Below, one piece after another: positions 20,624 through 30,323 of a stretch of DNA of 64,000 nucleotides. The notes under the pieces are model-generated. The model searched no databases and was not told the DNA's origin. It was given only the letters and a program-made list of their open reading frames with translations. Each line of letters starts with the position of its first letter. Within the stretch, counting starts at the first letter, position 1. The translations under genes were made by a program, and so were the position numbers. This DNA comes from an uncultured Planctomycetota bacterium. Lineage in GTDB: Bacteria > Planctomycetota > Planctomycetia > Isosphaerales > Isosphaeraceae. The stretch lies in NCBI GenBank assembly GCA_963823665.1, contig CAWGMQ010000004.1, positions 1,184,001-1,248,000 of the forward strand, read 5' to 3'.

Positions 20624-22832
20624 GACGGCCGCGCGGAGGCTCCGCACCTCCGCCCTGGCCCTGGCGTCGGCGATCGCCGCGGCCGCCCCGGCGCCAGCGC
20701 TCGCCGCCCAGGAACCAGCCCCCCCGCCGGTCCTCCGAGCCACGCCGGCGCGATGGGCCGAGACCCTCGACCGCCTGCGATGGGTCTGCTACACCTCGCC
20801 CGACGGCAACTTGGCGCAGCACGTCGAGCCCTCGCTCCACGCCATCAAGCAAGACCTCCGCCTGCTCCGCCGCGCCGGATTCGATGGAATCATCACATAT
20901 AAATCTTCAGGAGTGATGGGCCGCGATCTCGCCGAGGTCGCCCAGGCACTGGGGTACCGAGGCCTGCTCATGGGCATCTGGGATCCGCGCTCGACGGACG
21001 AGCGCGAGCAGGCGATGGCGTGCAAGGATCTACCGGTCGTATTCGGATACATCGTTGGCAATGAGGGGTACCGCAAGCGTTACTCGCTTGACGACCTCCG
21101 ATCGGCGATCGACACGATCCGGGCCGCGACCGGCAAGCCGACCACCACAAGCGAAGAGATCGATGACTATACCGACAAGGGTCTCCGGGACATCGGCGAC
21201 TTCGTCTGTGCGAACGTACACCCATTCTATCACAACAAGCCGGGCGTCGAGGATGCCGTCAATTTCACGGTCGGGGCCTACCGCGAGTTGAGCCAGCAGG
21301 CCAAGCGAACGGTCTTCTTCAAGGAGGTCGGATTGCCGACGGCGGGCGTGAGGGGCGTCAGCGAGCAGGCGCAGCTCCTGTATTACCAGTCGTTAGAGCG
21401 GAAACGCGCCGACGGCAAGGTGCAGTTCGCTTACTTCGAGGCGTTCGATCTGGCGAGCAAAGTGGACACGCCCGTCGAGCCCCACTGGGGGCTCTTCAAA
21501 GTGCGACTCGCGCAGGGAGGCGGGCTGGAGGCAGTGCCCAAGCCGCTGGGTCGCGAACTGCTGGATCACAACCGCGGCGTCCGCCTGCCGGATGATGCCG
21601 GCCAGATGCTGCCCACGTCAGCCCGGTCGATGATGTCCGTCGACAGCCTCTACGTCGCCTCCGGGATCACCGGAGACGTCGGCGACGTGAAGGTCGGCGC
21701 CGGCGGCGAGGGCGCCGTCGCGATCTCGTACCGGCCGCAGGGCCGCGGGCCGCACGAATGGGATTTTAAGTACGTGAGCAACGAGGAGATCGCCCGGCCG
21801 GCGCGACATGGCGGTGCAACCTGGCTTAGCCCCCCCGGACACTGGGGCGATTCTCCCTCCGGCGGCTACGACCTGCGGCCGCTCCAGCCGGTCGCCATCA
21901 CCTTCGAGGCGCGGAGCACGGGGCCCCCGGTGTGGGTGCACTTCTCCGCCGGTGGCGTGCGGTGGCGATGGCGGCTCGATCCCTGGCGCCACTGGGTACG
22001 CTCCGAAGTCCTCTACCCCGACACGCTCCCCCCCATCTACCTGGGCACCTATCCACTGTCGAACAACTGGCAAAAGGTCACCTGCCGGCTCCCGCTTCTC
22101 AGCCCCGACCAGCTCCGCCGGGTCGTCGGCGCATTCAGCACGGCGGTCGCCTGGGCCGAGAATGGCCTCGGGCCCGACCCGGCCACGCACCCCAGGGCCG
22201 CGGATTTCCAATTCGAGGTGCGCAAGATCCAGTACCTCTCCGCCGCGGCCGCGCCCGCCGACCTCCCGCTCCCCCGCCACGGGACGTTCGCCGTTTACAC
22301 CGACGCGGCCGCGCCCGACAATCATTTCGTGCCCTCCGGCCTCATGGGAGACATGGGCGACGTCGCGGTCAATACCGCCTGCCCGCTCCTGCCGCACTCG
22401 GGGAAGACGTGCATCAGCCTGACCTACGCCGCCAAGGGCCTCGAGCCACGGTCGCCCCACGACTACCCCGGCCCCTGCCGCTGGGCCGGCGTCTACTTCC
22501 AACACCCCGCGAATAACGCCGGGGCCGACGCCCACTGGGCCGGTGTCGGCTTCGACTTGAGCGCCTACAGCCGCGTCGAATTCTTCGCCCGCGCCGACCG
22601 CCCGTGCCTGGTCGAATTCCTGGTCGCCGGCCAGACCGGGCCCTACGGCGATTCACAGGCCTTCCCCCGCAAGAAGGCCTTCTCGCTCGGCACCGAGTAC
22701 GCCCCATACGTCATCGAGCTCGACGGCACCGACTTGAGCCACACCATCGGCGGTTTCGGCGCGGTGCTCACGATGGACAATAACAAGGAGGCTGTGACCA
22801 TTTATATGGATGATATTTCATATAAAAGGTGA
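20553..22832 (+). CDS. Exported GH17-like beta-glucanase/transglycosylase with two C-terminal CBM-like modules
   Basis: RBS GGAGG; Arg-rich signal peptide; VGNE, KEVGLPT, FEAFD, EPHWGLF motifs; two SG..GD.GDV modules. Confidence 0.85.
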   Translation: MTHPATRPSPELNPHHRPRPARRETAARRLRTSALALASAIAAAAPAPALAAQEPAPPPVLRATPARWAETLDRLRWVCYTSPDGNLAQHVEPSLHAIKQDLRLLRRAGFDGIITYKSSGVMGRDLAEVAQALGYRGLLMGIWDPRSTDEREQAMACKDLPVVFGYIVGNEGYRKRYSLDDLRSAIDTIRAATGKPTTTSEEIDDYTDKGLRDIGDFVCANVHPFYHNKPGVEDAVNFTVGAYRELSQQAKRTVFFKEVGLPTAGVRGVSEQAQLLYYQSLERKRADGKVQFAYFEAFDLASKVDTPVEPHWGLFKVRLAQGGGLEAVPKPLGRELLDHNRGVRLPDDAGQMLPTSARSMMSVDSLYVASGITGDVGDVKVGAGGEGAVAISYRPQGRGPHEWDFKYVSNEEIARPARHGGATWLSPPGHWGDSPSGGYDLRPLQPVAITFEARSTGPPVWVHFSAGGVRWRWRLDPWRHWVRSEVLYPDTLPPIYLGTYPLSNNWQKVTCRLPLLSPDQLRRVVGAFSTAVAWAENGLGPDPATHPRAADFQFEVRKIQYLSAAAAPADLPLPRHGTFAVYTDAAAPDNHFVPSGLMGDMGDVAVNTACPLLPHSGKTCISLTYAAKGLEPRSPHDYPGPCRWAGVYFQHPANNAGADAHWAGVGFDLSAYSRVEFFARADRPCLVEFLVAGQTGPYGDSQAFPRKKAFSLGTEYAPYVIELDGTDLSHTIGGFGAVLTMDNNKEAVTIYMDDISYKR

Positions 22833-22896
22833 TGTGTTGATCCGCCGATCGCCCGCCCGCGCACCGGATCATGCCGGGCGCGGCAGGGCGATCGCG

Positions 22897-23868
22897 TCAG
22901 GGGCGAAGGGGAGCCGCCGGCGACGTGCCCCGGCGAACGCCCCCATCCGGGATCCGGCGGACCCACGCCTCGGACACAGGCCGGACGGCCATCGCCAGGC
23001 AGACGCCGTCGCGGCCGATGGCCGGGTCGCGGCCCAGGTCGGCGGCCCCGATGACGTCCAGCCTGTGTCCGGCGCAGAACCAGGCGCTGTTCGCATCGAT
23101 GACCTCGGCGGCGAGTCCCCGGGCGAGCCGGGCTCGCTGGGCGATCCAGCCGATCCCGCGGAAGTAGTCGATCGCCGCGTTCGCCGCGCCCGCGGCCACT
23201 TGGACCATCAGGCACGCCGCGCCGCCGGCGCCCGGCGGCTTGGCCGCCAGCGCGGCCGGCCCCATCGCCCGCCGTAGGCCAGTAACCACCTCCTCCAGAT
23301 CGGCAGGGACATACCGGCCACCCGACCACTCCTGGAAGAGCCCGACGTAGCGCTCGATGGCCAGCGCCACAGCGAGCTCGTCGCAGCGCTGCAGGGCGTC
23401 GGCCGCCTCCCGCGCCAGAGCAGAGATCTCGTCCACAAATCGGCCGGCCTCCGGGTGGTCCAGCATCTCCGAGAGCTGCGTCGGCGCGTGATGCCGCGGA
23501 CCCGTCGGGTCGAAGGCCCACACGAACCGCCGAAACAGCCAGCGTCGATCACACGCCAGACGCCGGACACCGACGTGGCCAGACCGACCCGTTCGCACCA
23601 TCACTACGCCCCCGCAGACGAGCGCTGCAACGTCCTGCGTCCCCACCAACCGTCCCTTCGCCCGCGTTCGCTCTGTCCGGAGCGCGCGGATCAGCACCTC
23701 GCGGCGAGACGGAATCTCGCCCGTCTCGAGAAAGTAGCCACTCCCCGCGCGGAGTACGCCCTGGTTGGCCGACACCGAGATGCCGGCACCGCTCGGGGCA
23801 CGCCAGGCGAAGGTCTCCAAAGCTGAGGCCAGCTCGTCGATCACCGGCAGACTTCGGCTCATTTTCAT
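22897..23868 (-). CDS. GHMP-family sugar kinase-like protein with permuted motif order
   Basis: RBS GAAGGAG before ATG 23868; APSGAGISVSA (motif II), ER...GTQD....GG, KPPGAGG (motif III); motif-I-like AGHRLDVIGAAD...GVCLAMAV lies at the C-terminus. Confidence 0.7.
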   Translation of the reverse strand: MKMSRSLPVIDELASALETFAWRAPSGAGISVSANQGVLRAGSGYFLETGEIPSRREVLIRALRTERTRAKGRLVGTQDVAALVCGGVVMVRTGRSGHVGVRRLACDRRWLFRRFVWAFDPTGPRHHAPTQLSEMLDHPEAGRFVDEISALAREAADALQRCDELAVALAIERYVGLFQEWSGGRYVPADLEEVVTGLRRAMGPAALAAKPPGAGGAACLMVQVAAGAANAAIDYFRGIGWIAQRARLARGLAAEVIDANSAWFCAGHRLDVIGAADLGRDPAIGRDGVCLAMAVRPVSEAWVRRIPDGGVRRGTSPAAPLRP

Positions 23869-24136
23869 TGCTCCTTCCTCCCCTGGAAAAGGACCCGGGC
23901 GCGAGCCCGCAGCGGCCGACCCGGCCAGGGGAGGTCCGGGCGGGTCTCGCGACCCGGCGCCGGGCCTGGAGACACTACCTGTTGAGGGCCGGCAATTTAC
24001 AGACATTCCGTCGGCGACTCGTAAAAAAGGTCTGTCGAACGCGTAGTTGTACGTTGGAGCACGCGGCGACGCCGCGCGGCCGGCCCGGACGGGACTGTCT
24101 CGCCCGGGGCCACGCATCCACACCGGAACGCTTGCG

Positions 24137-24847
24137 ATGAAGAACAATGACCGCTGGAACGACGTCGAGCGATTGCTGTCGGTTGTCGCCGACGTTGAAA
24201 TGAACCTGATCCTGTGGGGGCCCAGCGGCACGGGCAAGTCGCACATGGCCCGCCGCCACGGGCTTGCTCCCGGCCAGCACGTCTACACAATCACGCTCAC
24301 CGACGAGACCCCAGCAGCCGAGCTCCGCGGCCTCTTCCTGCCGGGAGACCACGGCTTTCGCTGGCAGCACGGTCCGGCCATCCGCGCCTGGCTCGACGGC
24401 GGCCGCCTCGTGCTCAATGAAGTGGACAAAGCATCAAGTGACGTCCTGTCCTTCCTGCTGGCGCTGATGGACCACTCCGCGGTGGCCGGAATGTCGCTGC
24501 CATCCGGCGAGGAGGTTGCCCCGGCGCCGGGTTTCCACGTGGTGGCAACCTCGAACGTTTCGCCCGACCAGCTTCCCGCGGCCCTTCGCGACCGGTTCGC
24601 GGCGTGCGTCCACGTAGACACGGTGCACGTCGAAGCCTTGCGGCAGCTCCCGCAGACGTTGCGCGAGGTCGCGGCGAACACCTCGGTCATCGAACAGGCT
24701 CAGCGCCGGGTGAGCGTGCGCTCATGGCACGCCTTCGCGGCCCTGATGGAGCACTGCGGCGACGAGGGTTTCGCCGCCCGCGCGGTGTTCGGTCCCAGGG
24801 CCGCCGACGTCCTTGCCGCGATGCGCATCGGTCGCGTCGGGCAGTAA
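24137..24847 (+). CDS. MoxR/CbbQ/CobS-like AAA+ ATPase
   Basis: GPSGTGKS Walker A, LVLNEVD Walker B variant, ATSN sensor I, ALRDRF arginine finger, SVR sensor II. Confidence 0.9.
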   Translation: MKNNDRWNDVERLLSVVADVEMNLILWGPSGTGKSHMARRHGLAPGQHVYTITLTDETPAAELRGLFLPGDHGFRWQHGPAIRAWLDGGRLVLNEVDKASSDVLSFLLALMDHSAVAGMSLPSGEEVAPAPGFHVVATSNVSPDQLPAALRDRFAACVHVDTVHVEALRQLPQTLREVAANTSVIEQAQRRVSVRSWHAFAALMEHCGDEGFAARAVFGPRAADVLAAMRIGRVGQ

Positions 24848-24913
24848 TCCCCCAGGCGCCGGTCGCGCGGAGGCCGGCCCAAGTCGATTCTAACCGGTAC
24901 GAGGAACGCGACC

Positions 24914-26407
24914 ATGAGCGATTACCCGCGACCTGAATCCATCGACGTCTACCCGCTGCCCGAAGCCCTCGGCCGAGAACGTGGAGCCGGATGGGCGATC
25001 TTCCGTTCGCCGATGGCGGGGGTGGATCTCCCGTCGCGCCGCATGTTCGTGCCGCTGGGTCCCGGGCCGGACGATTACTGCGCCCGCGTCCATGAGCTCG
25101 GCCACGTCGCCTGGACCCGCGGCGATCCCGGGAAGCTCTCCGCACGCCTGGGCGTTGACGAGTTGGTGTACCAGGCCGTCGAGGACAACCGCATCGAGGG
25201 CTGGCTCTCCCGAATCGCCGGCGTGAACCTGTTCCCGCTCGGCCTGGCCCTTGACCGGGTGCGCGACGCGGCCGGGCGGATCGTCGCCTTGCGAGACCAC
25301 CGATCGGCCTGTCTGCTCCTGATCGCCACAACCCACGCGGCCGCGGGGCCCGTTGTCCGCGCCACCCTCGAACGTGCCGCGCGGAAGTCGCTGGGTTTCC
25401 GCGTGGCCCTCGAGGTCGCCGACGGCGCCACGGTCCGACTCTGGCGACACCCGCGGCCCACACAGGATCAGACCGGGCGCGTCGCCCGCTGGGTCCAGCG
25501 CCGTCTCGAAGCGGTCCATGATCACGAACCCCACGGCGAAACGTCCGCGAGCACCGGCGATGCCTGGTCGTCTCCGATGCCGGATTGCCCCAGACCACCA
25601 CTGCGACAGCACCTGATCCGCCGCGCCAAAGCCATCCGAGGCGCCCTCCGGGAGGCACTTGGCCTCGTCCCCGTCCCCTCGGAGGACGAGCCGACAGACG
25701 ACTTTCCCTCCGCCGGCTCGCTGACTGCACTTCCGGATCGCTCCGCTATCCACGATGGACTCGAACTCCTGCGGCTCGCCCTGACCATGGACGCGGGCGC
25801 CGGTCACAACTTCGTCCCGTGGGGACCGATGGACGTCCAAGAGCCCGAGCGGGTCATCGCCCACGCCGGTCGCCTGGGGCGATGGAAGCGGCCGACCGAG
25901 GAGGGCGTTTATCTCCGCTATCCTCATCGCTACCTGTCGGACCGCCGGGTATTCGCGCACCGCCGGAGGGTGCCCGGCGGCGGCGTGCTCATCGACGCCA
26001 GCGGGAGCATGCACCTCTCGGCTGGCGACGTGGATCGGGTCGTCGCGGCCGCGCCGGGGGCGCACGTGCTCGGCTACGCGGCGTCAACCCACCGGGGCGT
26101 CCTCCGTGTCCTGGCGCGCGACGGCCGCCGCGTCGCCCCGGAGGACTGCGACTTCTCCGCCGTCGGCACATCCAACGTCATCGACCTCCCCGCGCTCGAA
26201 TACCTTGCCCGGCTCCGCGTCCAGCCCAAGCTCTGGGTCTCGGACGGGTTGGTAACCGGGATCGGGGACCGTACCGGCTCCGAGAACTTGCGCCAGGTCC
26301 ATTCGTTGACCGAATCGAAGGGCATTCGGCGACTGGCCAGCCTCGATGAGGCGGTCGCGCTGCTCAATCGGCTGTCCCGTCGCGAGGTCTCCGTGAATAC
26401 CTGTTAG
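24914..26407 (+). CDS. HExxH metallopeptidase-like + VWA (CobT-like) protein
   Basis: HELGH followed by EDNRI; VLIDASGSM MIDAS motif; WVSDG. Confidence 0.8.
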   Translation: MSDYPRPESIDVYPLPEALGRERGAGWAIFRSPMAGVDLPSRRMFVPLGPGPDDYCARVHELGHVAWTRGDPGKLSARLGVDELVYQAVEDNRIEGWLSRIAGVNLFPLGLALDRVRDAAGRIVALRDHRSACLLLIATTHAAAGPVVRATLERAARKSLGFRVALEVADGATVRLWRHPRPTQDQTGRVARWVQRRLEAVHDHEPHGETSASTGDAWSSPMPDCPRPPLRQHLIRRAKAIRGALREALGLVPVPSEDEPTDDFPSAGSLTALPDRSAIHDGLELLRLALTMDAGAGHNFVPWGPMDVQEPERVIAHAGRLGRWKRPTEEGVYLRYPHRYLSDRRVFAHRRRVPGGGVLIDASGSMHLSAGDVDRVVAAAPGAHVLGYAASTHRGVLRVLARDGRRVAPEDCDFSAVGTSNVIDLPALEYLARLRVQPKLWVSDGLVTGIGDRTGSENLRQVHSLTESKGIRRLASLDEAVALLNRLSRREVSVNTC

Positions 26408-26758
26408 AGCCCGGAGCTCGGGGCGGACGCCGGCGGACGCCCGGAGGATAGTGTTCCAGCGTCTCTCGACCCGACATTCGGTCTGGCTCCAGGTCACTCT
26501 TGTAAGTCTACGCTGCGTTGGTAAGCATTCCAGAGCCTTCCGCAGCAGACGCTGCTCTTGGGATCGCTCACACCTATGTCCGCACGACTCTGCGCCAAGG
26601 ATTTCGTTGGTCCCGTAGCTGCCGCCTTCAGCGTTGTGGCCTCGACACTCGTTGAGGCCGGCTTGACGCGCGAGGCAACGGTGGCCAATAATCCGAACGA
26701 TGTCGAGCCGAGCCAAAACCCTCATCTCAGTGTCGGTGTAGGCGCGGAGACTGGCGCC

Positions 26759-26902
26759 ATGTCAGAAAGACTGAAATTCCTGTTATCGCTCGCGCGTCAA
26801 TTCCCGATGACGCCCGGGGACCGGCGCGAACAAGAGATCCGCCTCGCCTTGGAGAATGCTCGGTTCGAGATTCCGTCAGGAATCGGTCGCACCGTTCAAT
26901 GA
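26759..26902 (+). CDS. Small hypothetical protein (47 aa)
   Basis: GGAG RBS; MSERLKFLLSLARQFPMTPGDRREQ, helical and antitoxin-sized. Confidence 0.4.
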   Translation: MSERLKFLLSLARQFPMTPGDRREQEIRLALENARFEIPSGIGRTVQ

Positions 26903-26942
26903 TGCCGTCCAACCACCGATGGAGTTGCCGAAGGGGGTCTGA

Positions 26943-27953
26943 ATGCAAAGCTCGGAACCGGCATCGGCCGTTCTGACGGAGAGTCGCTCGATCGCATCTC
27001 GACGGAACCGGAGCTGGGCGTGGCTGGTTGCCATTGGTCTCATCACCATCGGTCTGATTGTGCTGGGAGGAGCGGTTATTCTCAACGTGAACCGAATCAT
27101 GGTTCACCGAGTTGGCGACTTGAACCGAGCAATGGCTCACCAGCTTGACCAGGTACAATACCAGCTTATCAAGATACAGCACCAGCTCGGACCGGTAGAG
27201 GTGTCTGCCCTGGGAAGCACCTTTTATGTCCAGCCCGAGGATGACGTTATCACGAGAGAGCTACTCACATCGGGATACTGGGAGCTGGACGAAACCCTGG
27301 AGGCACGCGCGATCCTACGCCCCGGAGATACCTTCATCGACGTCGGTGCCGACTTCGGCTGGTACACGGTGATCGGAGCGAAGGCCGTGGGGCCGACAGG
27401 CCGGGTCATTGCCTTCGAACCGGTGCCTCGGAACCTGGAGTTCCTGAGGCGAAACGTCGCGGCCAATGGTTGTGCGAACGCCAAGCTCGAGCCGATCGCC
27501 CTCTCGAATAAAAGCGGCAAAATCACAATGCACCTCAATCGCACCAACTTGGGCAATCACAGCATGCTCGAAGCCCAGGATCGGCCCGACTCGATCGACG
27601 TCCAGGCGATGACGCTCGACGAATACCTGAAGGACTACTCCGGCAAGATCGCCCTGATCAAGATCGACACGGAGGGGGCCGAGGGGTACATCTTGGAAGG
27701 GATGCGTGAGACCCTTCGAAAGCACCCGGAGACGGTGATCTTCATGGAGTTTACGCCACGCTGGCTCCAGCAGAGTGGTTACGACCCCGAAGCAATGCTC
27801 CGTAAGATGTCCGACCAAGGCTACGAGATCCAGTACTTCTTGGACGACCACTCAAAGCAGCGGACGGCGCCGGTTCCCGAGTCCCAGATCTCCGAGTTCG
27901 TCAAGAACACTGGGGCCAAGAATCTGCTCATGAGGCAACGGGTACAGCGTTGA
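26943..27953 (+). CDS. FkbM family SAM-dependent methyltransferase with N-terminal TM anchor
   Basis: FIDVGADFGWY, AFEP, IKIDTEGAE. Confidence 0.9.
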   Translation: MQSSEPASAVLTESRSIASRRNRSWAWLVAIGLITIGLIVLGGAVILNVNRIMVHRVGDLNRAMAHQLDQVQYQLIKIQHQLGPVEVSALGSTFYVQPEDDVITRELLTSGYWELDETLEARAILRPGDTFIDVGADFGWYTVIGAKAVGPTGRVIAFEPVPRNLEFLRRNVAANGCANAKLEPIALSNKSGKITMHLNRTNLGNHSMLEAQDRPDSIDVQAMTLDEYLKDYSGKIALIKIDTEGAEGYILEGMRETLRKHPETVIFMEFTPRWLQQSGYDPEAMLRKMSDQGYEIQYFLDDHSKQRTAPVPESQISEFVKNTGAKNLLMRQRVQR

Positions 27954-28037
27954 GAGCGGCATCATGCAACAACACCCGATCGACTCATGGCGGCTCTCGC
28001 AACTCGAGGGAAACCAGGCGAGTTGAACTTCGTTCAT

Positions 28038-28410
28038 TCACTTCTCGATTTCCGGCGACTTGACATCAATGACCGGTTTGAAATCGCGGGGTGAACTGAA
28101 TGCTCCTTCATCATATTGTTTCCAGAATTTGTTGCTGGGGATCATTTTGTCGCCTGCAGTCCCAATTTCCACCAGGCTGTTCATCTGTCGAATGGCTTGC
28201 AGTCCCTTCAGCTCTGGATTTGGCGTGAACGACAACTTCTTCAGCTTCATACCCGCCAGTGGCGAAACGTCCGTAATGAGCGTCTGATGGCAATACAGCT
28301 CTTCCAGCGGCATTCCCTCAAGCGGTGACAGGTCAGCCACTTTTGTGACATGGCAGACCAGAACTGTGAGTGGCATCCCAGAGAGCGGAGAAAGGTCTGC
28401 GACTTTTTCA
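28038..28410 (-). pseudogene. C-terminal leucine-rich-repeat remnant
   Basis: Three V(A/T)DLSPL.GM.L repeats and a FWKQYD end; no convincing 5' gene body. Confidence 0.65.
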
Positions 28411-28462
28411 GCCCTTGGCGCCTCGAACACCTCAAACCACACCACACTCCGCCTGCCCCCGC

Positions 28463-28508
28463 GTTACAGATTTCAAATATTGACTTCTGTAACCAAATCG
28501 CATAAAGT
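28463..28508 (+). promoter_or_regulatory. Palindromic operator overlapping a sigma70 promoter of the AKR-TetR operon
   Basis: GTTACAGA-tt-TCAA-ata-TTGA-ct-TCTGTAAC at 28463-28493; TTGACT at 28480, 17 bp spacer, TAAAGT at 28503. Confidence 0.75.
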
Positions 28509-28544
28509 TCCTCGCGTCAATCACCTTTCAAAAGGAGGAAGGCA

Positions 28545-29435
28545 ATGAGTGAGTCCACTCTCGGCGGCTGGTTCACGTTCCCCGGCACGTCATTGACGGT
28601 CGAGCGGATAGGCTACGGCGCAATGCAGTTAGCCGGCCCCGGTGTGTTTGGGCCGCCCAGCGACCCGGACGATGCCGTCGCCATCCTCCGCGAGGCCGTA
28701 GCGGCCGGCGTGAACCATATTGACACGTCCGACTTCTACGGCCCGCACGTCACCAATCAGATCATCCGGCAGGCGCTGCACCCGTACCCCGCGGGGCTGT
28801 TGATCGTCACCAAGCTGGGAGCACGCCGCCCGCCTGATGGGTCGTGGCAGCCGGCCATCTCACCTCAAGAGCTGACGGCCGGAGTCCACGATAACCTCCG
28901 CAACCTCGGCCTGGACGCGCTCGACATCGTCAACTACCGCGCGATGGGGTCCGTCCACGGCCCCAGGGAGGGGTCCATCGGCGAGCAAGTGACGGTGCTG
29001 GCTGATCTTCAGCGAAAGGGCGTGATTCGCCACATCGGGCTGAGCAACGTAACGGCCGCCCAGGTGGCCGAGGCGCAAGACATCACCAATGTCGTGTGCG
29101 TGCAGAACAACTACAATCTGGCCCACCGCCACGACGACGCCCTGATCGACGACCTGGCCCGCCGCGGCATCGCGTACGTACCGTTCTTCCCGCTCGGTGG
29201 GTTCACGCCGCTGCAGTCGTCGACTCTCTCAACCGTCGCGCACCGTCTCGGTTCCACCCCGATGCAGGTGGCCTTGGCTTGGCTGCTGCACCGCTCGCCC
29301 AACATCCTGCTGATCCCCGGCACCGCGTCACTCGCACACTTGCGCGAGAACATGGCCGCCGGAAAGTTGAACCTGTCGCCGCAGATCTTGGCTGAGCTGG
29401 ACACCATCGCCGCCGCCACGGTGGCGGCGACCTGA
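28545..29435 (+). CDS. Aldo/keto reductase
   Basis: GYGAMQL, DTSDFYG, IVTK, IGLSN, LLIPGT; RBS AGGAGG. Confidence 0.93.
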   Translation: MSESTLGGWFTFPGTSLTVERIGYGAMQLAGPGVFGPPSDPDDAVAILREAVAAGVNHIDTSDFYGPHVTNQIIRQALHPYPAGLLIVTKLGARRPPDGSWQPAISPQELTAGVHDNLRNLGLDALDIVNYRAMGSVHGPREGSIGEQVTVLADLQRKGVIRHIGLSNVTAAQVAEAQDITNVVCVQNNYNLAHRHDDALIDDLARRGIAYVPFFPLGGFTPLQSSTLSTVAHRLGSTPMQVALAWLLHRSPNILLIPGTASLAHLRENMAAGKLNLSPQILAELDTIAAATVAAT

Positions 29436-30037
29436 TGTCCCCCGCTGACACCCCGCTGTCGCGCGATCGAATCCTCGACACGGCCGAGGACGTCATCCGC
29501 CGGTTCGGCCCAGCCAAGGCGACCGTGGTGGATGTCGCCCGGGCGCTGGGTGTGAGCCACGCGGCCGTCTACCGGCACGTGGCGACCAAAGCCGAGCTGC
29601 GCGACCTGGTCGTCGCCCGGTGGCTGGAGTCGACGATGCGCCCGCTCCGGGCCATCGCCGCCAAGCCGGGCCCGGCTTTGCGGCGGTTACGGCGGCTGGT
29701 CGACACCCTCATTGCGATCAAACGCCGCCGGGCCGCCGAAGACCCGGAGCTCTTTCTCGCCTACCGGACGCTTGCCGCCGACGCCCAGTCCGTCGTCGCC
29801 GCCCACGTCGACGAGTTGGTCGCCCTGGCCGCGACAGTCATCCGCTCCGGCGTGCAGGAAGGCACATTCCGAACAGTCGACCCCGTGTCCGCCGGCCGGG
29901 CGGTGCTGTTCGCCACGTCCCGGTTCCACCACCCCGCCCACGCCGCCGCCTGGGTCGACTCAGCCATCGACACAACATGCAACGACGTGTGGAATCTGCT
30001 TATGGACGGCCTGTGCGTCCCGAAGACCTCCCCTTAG
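29435..30037 (+). CDS. TetR family regulator
   Basis: HTH ATVVDVARALGVSHAAVYRH; TGATG translational coupling to AKR. Confidence 0.93.
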   Translation: MSPADTPLSRDRILDTAEDVIRRFGPAKATVVDVARALGVSHAAVYRHVATKAELRDLVVARWLESTMRPLRAIAAKPGPALRRLRRLVDTLIAIKRRRAAEDPELFLAYRTLAADAQSVVAAHVDELVALAATVIRSGVQEGTFRTVDPVSAGRAVLFATSRFHHPAHAAAWVDSAIDTTCNDVWNLLMDGLCVPKTSP

Positions 30038-30119
30038 AGTGAGCAGCCGCGCAACCCGGATGGATTTCGCCCCACCCGAGGAAATGGCTGAGAACCCCCA
30101 CGCGACCGGAATCGTCAAA

Positions 30120-30163
30120 GGCCCCAACGCGGGCCGCGGTCAATCGCCACGGGCTTTAGCCCT
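30120..30163. repeat. Degenerate REP-like double hairpin
   Basis: GGCCCCAACGCGGGCC followed by GGGCTTTAGCCC; same architecture as 34429-34495. Confidence 0.35.
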
Positions 30164-30323
30164 TCGCATCTTGAACCAAAGCACGAAAACTTCGACCACG
30201 ATAACACCTCAACAGCGCATACGCCGCCACCCATCGTCTCTTGCTCCTCCATTGAGCACGTGGGATAGTCTGCCTTGCATTCCGCGGAATAATTGACGAA
30301 GCGACTTGTGGAGACGATTCCCG

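Noticed and set aside
23869..24246. N-terminal extension that could supply the missing GHMP motif I
   Set aside because: The extension is low-complexity, lacks the motif and overlaps the AAA gene on the other strand; ATG 23868 has a strong RBS.
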